A stretch of 64,000 nucleotides of DNA, taken from assembly GCA_963819295.1 (NCBI GenBank), contig CAWFVO010000001.1:29080-93079 (forward strand), written 5' to 3'. The DNA is from an uncultured Actinomycetota bacterium. GTDB lineage: Bacteria; Actinomycetota; Actinomycetes; Propionibacteriales; Nocardioidaceae. This document shows positions 62,647 through 64,000 of this stretch, in pieces; within the stretch, counting starts at the first letter, position 1, and every line of letters starts with the position of its first letter. The notes beneath the pieces were generated by a model, which was given only the letters and a program-made list of their open reading frames with translations, was not told the origin of the DNA and did no database searches. A program made the translations under genes and the position numbers.

Positions 62647-63702
62647 ATGTACGCAAAGGACGGAGAGAAGTACTTCGTCGTCGACAGTCACATGCACTAC
62701 TGGGACGCCAGCCCGGCGAACTGGGTCAAGGGCCACGAGAACTACGCCAAGGGCTGGATCGAGTGCTTCCACGCCTACCAGGGCCTCGGGCCACCGGAGA
62801 CGCACTGGACGATCGAGAAGTTCCAGAAGTACTCCGAGGACGACCTGATGAAGGACGTCTTCGACGAGGGGTACGTCGACGTGGCGGTGTTCCAGCCGAC
62901 GTACCTCAAGGAGTGGTACACCGAGGGCTTCAACACCACCGAACGCAACGGTGCGCTGTCGGAGAAGCATCCTGGCAAGTTCATCGTCAACACCCGGTTC
63001 GACCCACGCGAGGGGCAGGCCGGCCTGGATGAGCTCGAGAAGAACGTGGAACGTTGGGGTTCGACCGGGGTGAAGCTGTACACGGCCGAGTGGCAGGGGG
63101 ACTCGCGTGGCTACAAGCTGAGCGATCCCGAGGCGTACACGTTCCTGGCCAGGGCGCAGGAGCTCGGGATCAAGAACATCCATGTCCACAAGGGGCCGAC
63201 CATCTGGCCCCTGGACAAGGACGCCTTCGACGTCGCCGACGTCGACCACGCCGCGACGGACTTCCCGGAGCTGAACTTCATCGTCGAGCATGTGGGCCTG
63301 CCCCGCATCGAGGACTTCTGCTTCATGGCGACGCAGGAGCCCAACGTGTACGCGGGACTCTCAGTGGTGATCGGCGGCCTGATGTTCGCTCGGCCGAAGT
63401 TCTTCGCCAAGGTGATGGGTGAGCTGCTCTTCTGGGTCGGCGAGGACAAGATGACCTTCGGCAGCGACTACGGCATCTGGGAGCCGAAGTGGCAGATCGA
63501 GGGCTTCGTCGACTGGGACTACCCCAATGACGAGTTCTCGGACTACCCGAGGGTGAACACCGACACCAAGAAGAAGATCCTCGGTCTGAACGCAGCCAAG
63601 CTGTACGGCATCGAGGTGCCGCCGGAGTTCCAGCTCGCGGGTGACGGGGCGCCCGCCGCCCAGGACGACGCAGCACTGGTGGAACACGGAGCCAACGTGT
63701 GA
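62647..63702 (+). CDS. Amidohydrolase-family protein typical of prm/mim clusters
   Basis: 'VDSHMH', 'GVKLY', 'HVHKGP', 'IVEHVG', 'FGSDY', 'KILGLNAAKLY'. Confidence 0.92.
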   Translation: MYAKDGEKYFVVDSHMHYWDASPANWVKGHENYAKGWIECFHAYQGLGPPETHWTIEKFQKYSEDDLMKDVFDEGYVDVAVFQPTYLKEWYTEGFNTTERNGALSEKHPGKFIVNTRFDPREGQAGLDELEKNVERWGSTGVKLYTAEWQGDSRGYKLSDPEAYTFLARAQELGIKNIHVHKGPTIWPLDKDAFDVADVDHAATDFPELNFIVEHVGLPRIEDFCFMATQEPNVYAGLSVVIGGLMFARPKFFAKVMGELLFWVGEDKMTFGSDYGIWEPKWQIEGFVDWDYPNDEFSDYPRVNTDTKKKILGLNAAKLYGIEVPPEFQLAGDGAPAAQDDAALVEHGANV

Positions 63703-64000
63703 CAGACCAGGTACACGTGCTCGCCGCGTTGGACGCGGTGCGCGACCCGGAGCTGGACGAGCCGGTCACCGACCTCGGCTTCGTCTCGTCGTGCACCGTG
63801 TCCACCGACGGCGACGTGCAGGTGCGGCTGCGCCTGCCGACGTTCTTCTGCGCGCCCAACTTCGCCTTCCTGATGGTGGCGGACGCCTACGACGCGGTGA
63901 GCGGTCTCGAGGGTGTACGACGGACCGAGGTACTCCTCGATGACCACTTCGCCTCGGACACCATCAATCGGGGGATCGCCGCCCGATCCGGCTTCGCCGA
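63699..64000 (+). CDS. DUF59 / metal-sulfur cluster assembly protein; runs off the window
   Basis: GTG at 63699; 'ALDAVRDPELDEPVTDLGFV', 'LRLPTFFCAPNF', 'LDDHFAS'. Confidence 0.88.
   Translation, partial: MTDQVHVLAALDAVRDPELDEPVTDLGFVSSCTVSTDGDVQVRLRLPTFFCAPNFAFLMVADAYDAVSGLEGVRRTEVLLDDHFASDTINRGIAARSGFA

Noticed and set aside
58908-63291. Long minus-strand ORFs over the prm genes
   Set aside because: High-GC antisense shadows with no recognisable motifs.

Overview
High-GC actinobacterial DNA; gene content and style suggest Nocardioidaceae or a relative (inference). No rRNA, tRNA, CRISPR array, integrase or transposase is recognisable. Five blocks: (1) 1-11.9 kb and 20.6-36.6 kb, a mosaic of small detox/regulatory genes (arylsulfatase tail, Zn-ADH, AraC, GrpB, DinB, ArsR/SRPBCC pairs, APH-like kinase, GNAT, epoxide hydrolase, fluoroacetate dehalogenase-like hydrolase, TIGR03118, EEP phosphatase, glutamate-synthase-like/poxB pair, GntR-ABC operon) with gene remnants between them; (2) 12.0-20.5 kb, a type IV pilus operon (pilA-pilT-pilB-pilC-three minor pilins-pilD), heavily frameshifted in its first half, probably by assembly error; (3) 36.8-45.9 kb, an apparent cyclic-nucleotide signalling module: tandem class III cyclase-STAND ATPase-TPR protein, Cys-rich secreted protein, MFS-cNMP-binding-patatin fusion and metallo-beta-lactamase-fold hydrolase, the best candidate for an undescribed system; (4) 46-55.7 kb, GNATs and secreted/surface proteins; (5) 55.8-64 kb, a group-5 soluble di-iron (propane/acetone) monooxygenase cluster with a divergent GAF-AAA-Fis activator, three GTCTCA-N3-TGAGAC palindromes and an unexplained 82-aa gene before prmA. 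All family calls come from motif recognition by eye; no database search was run.
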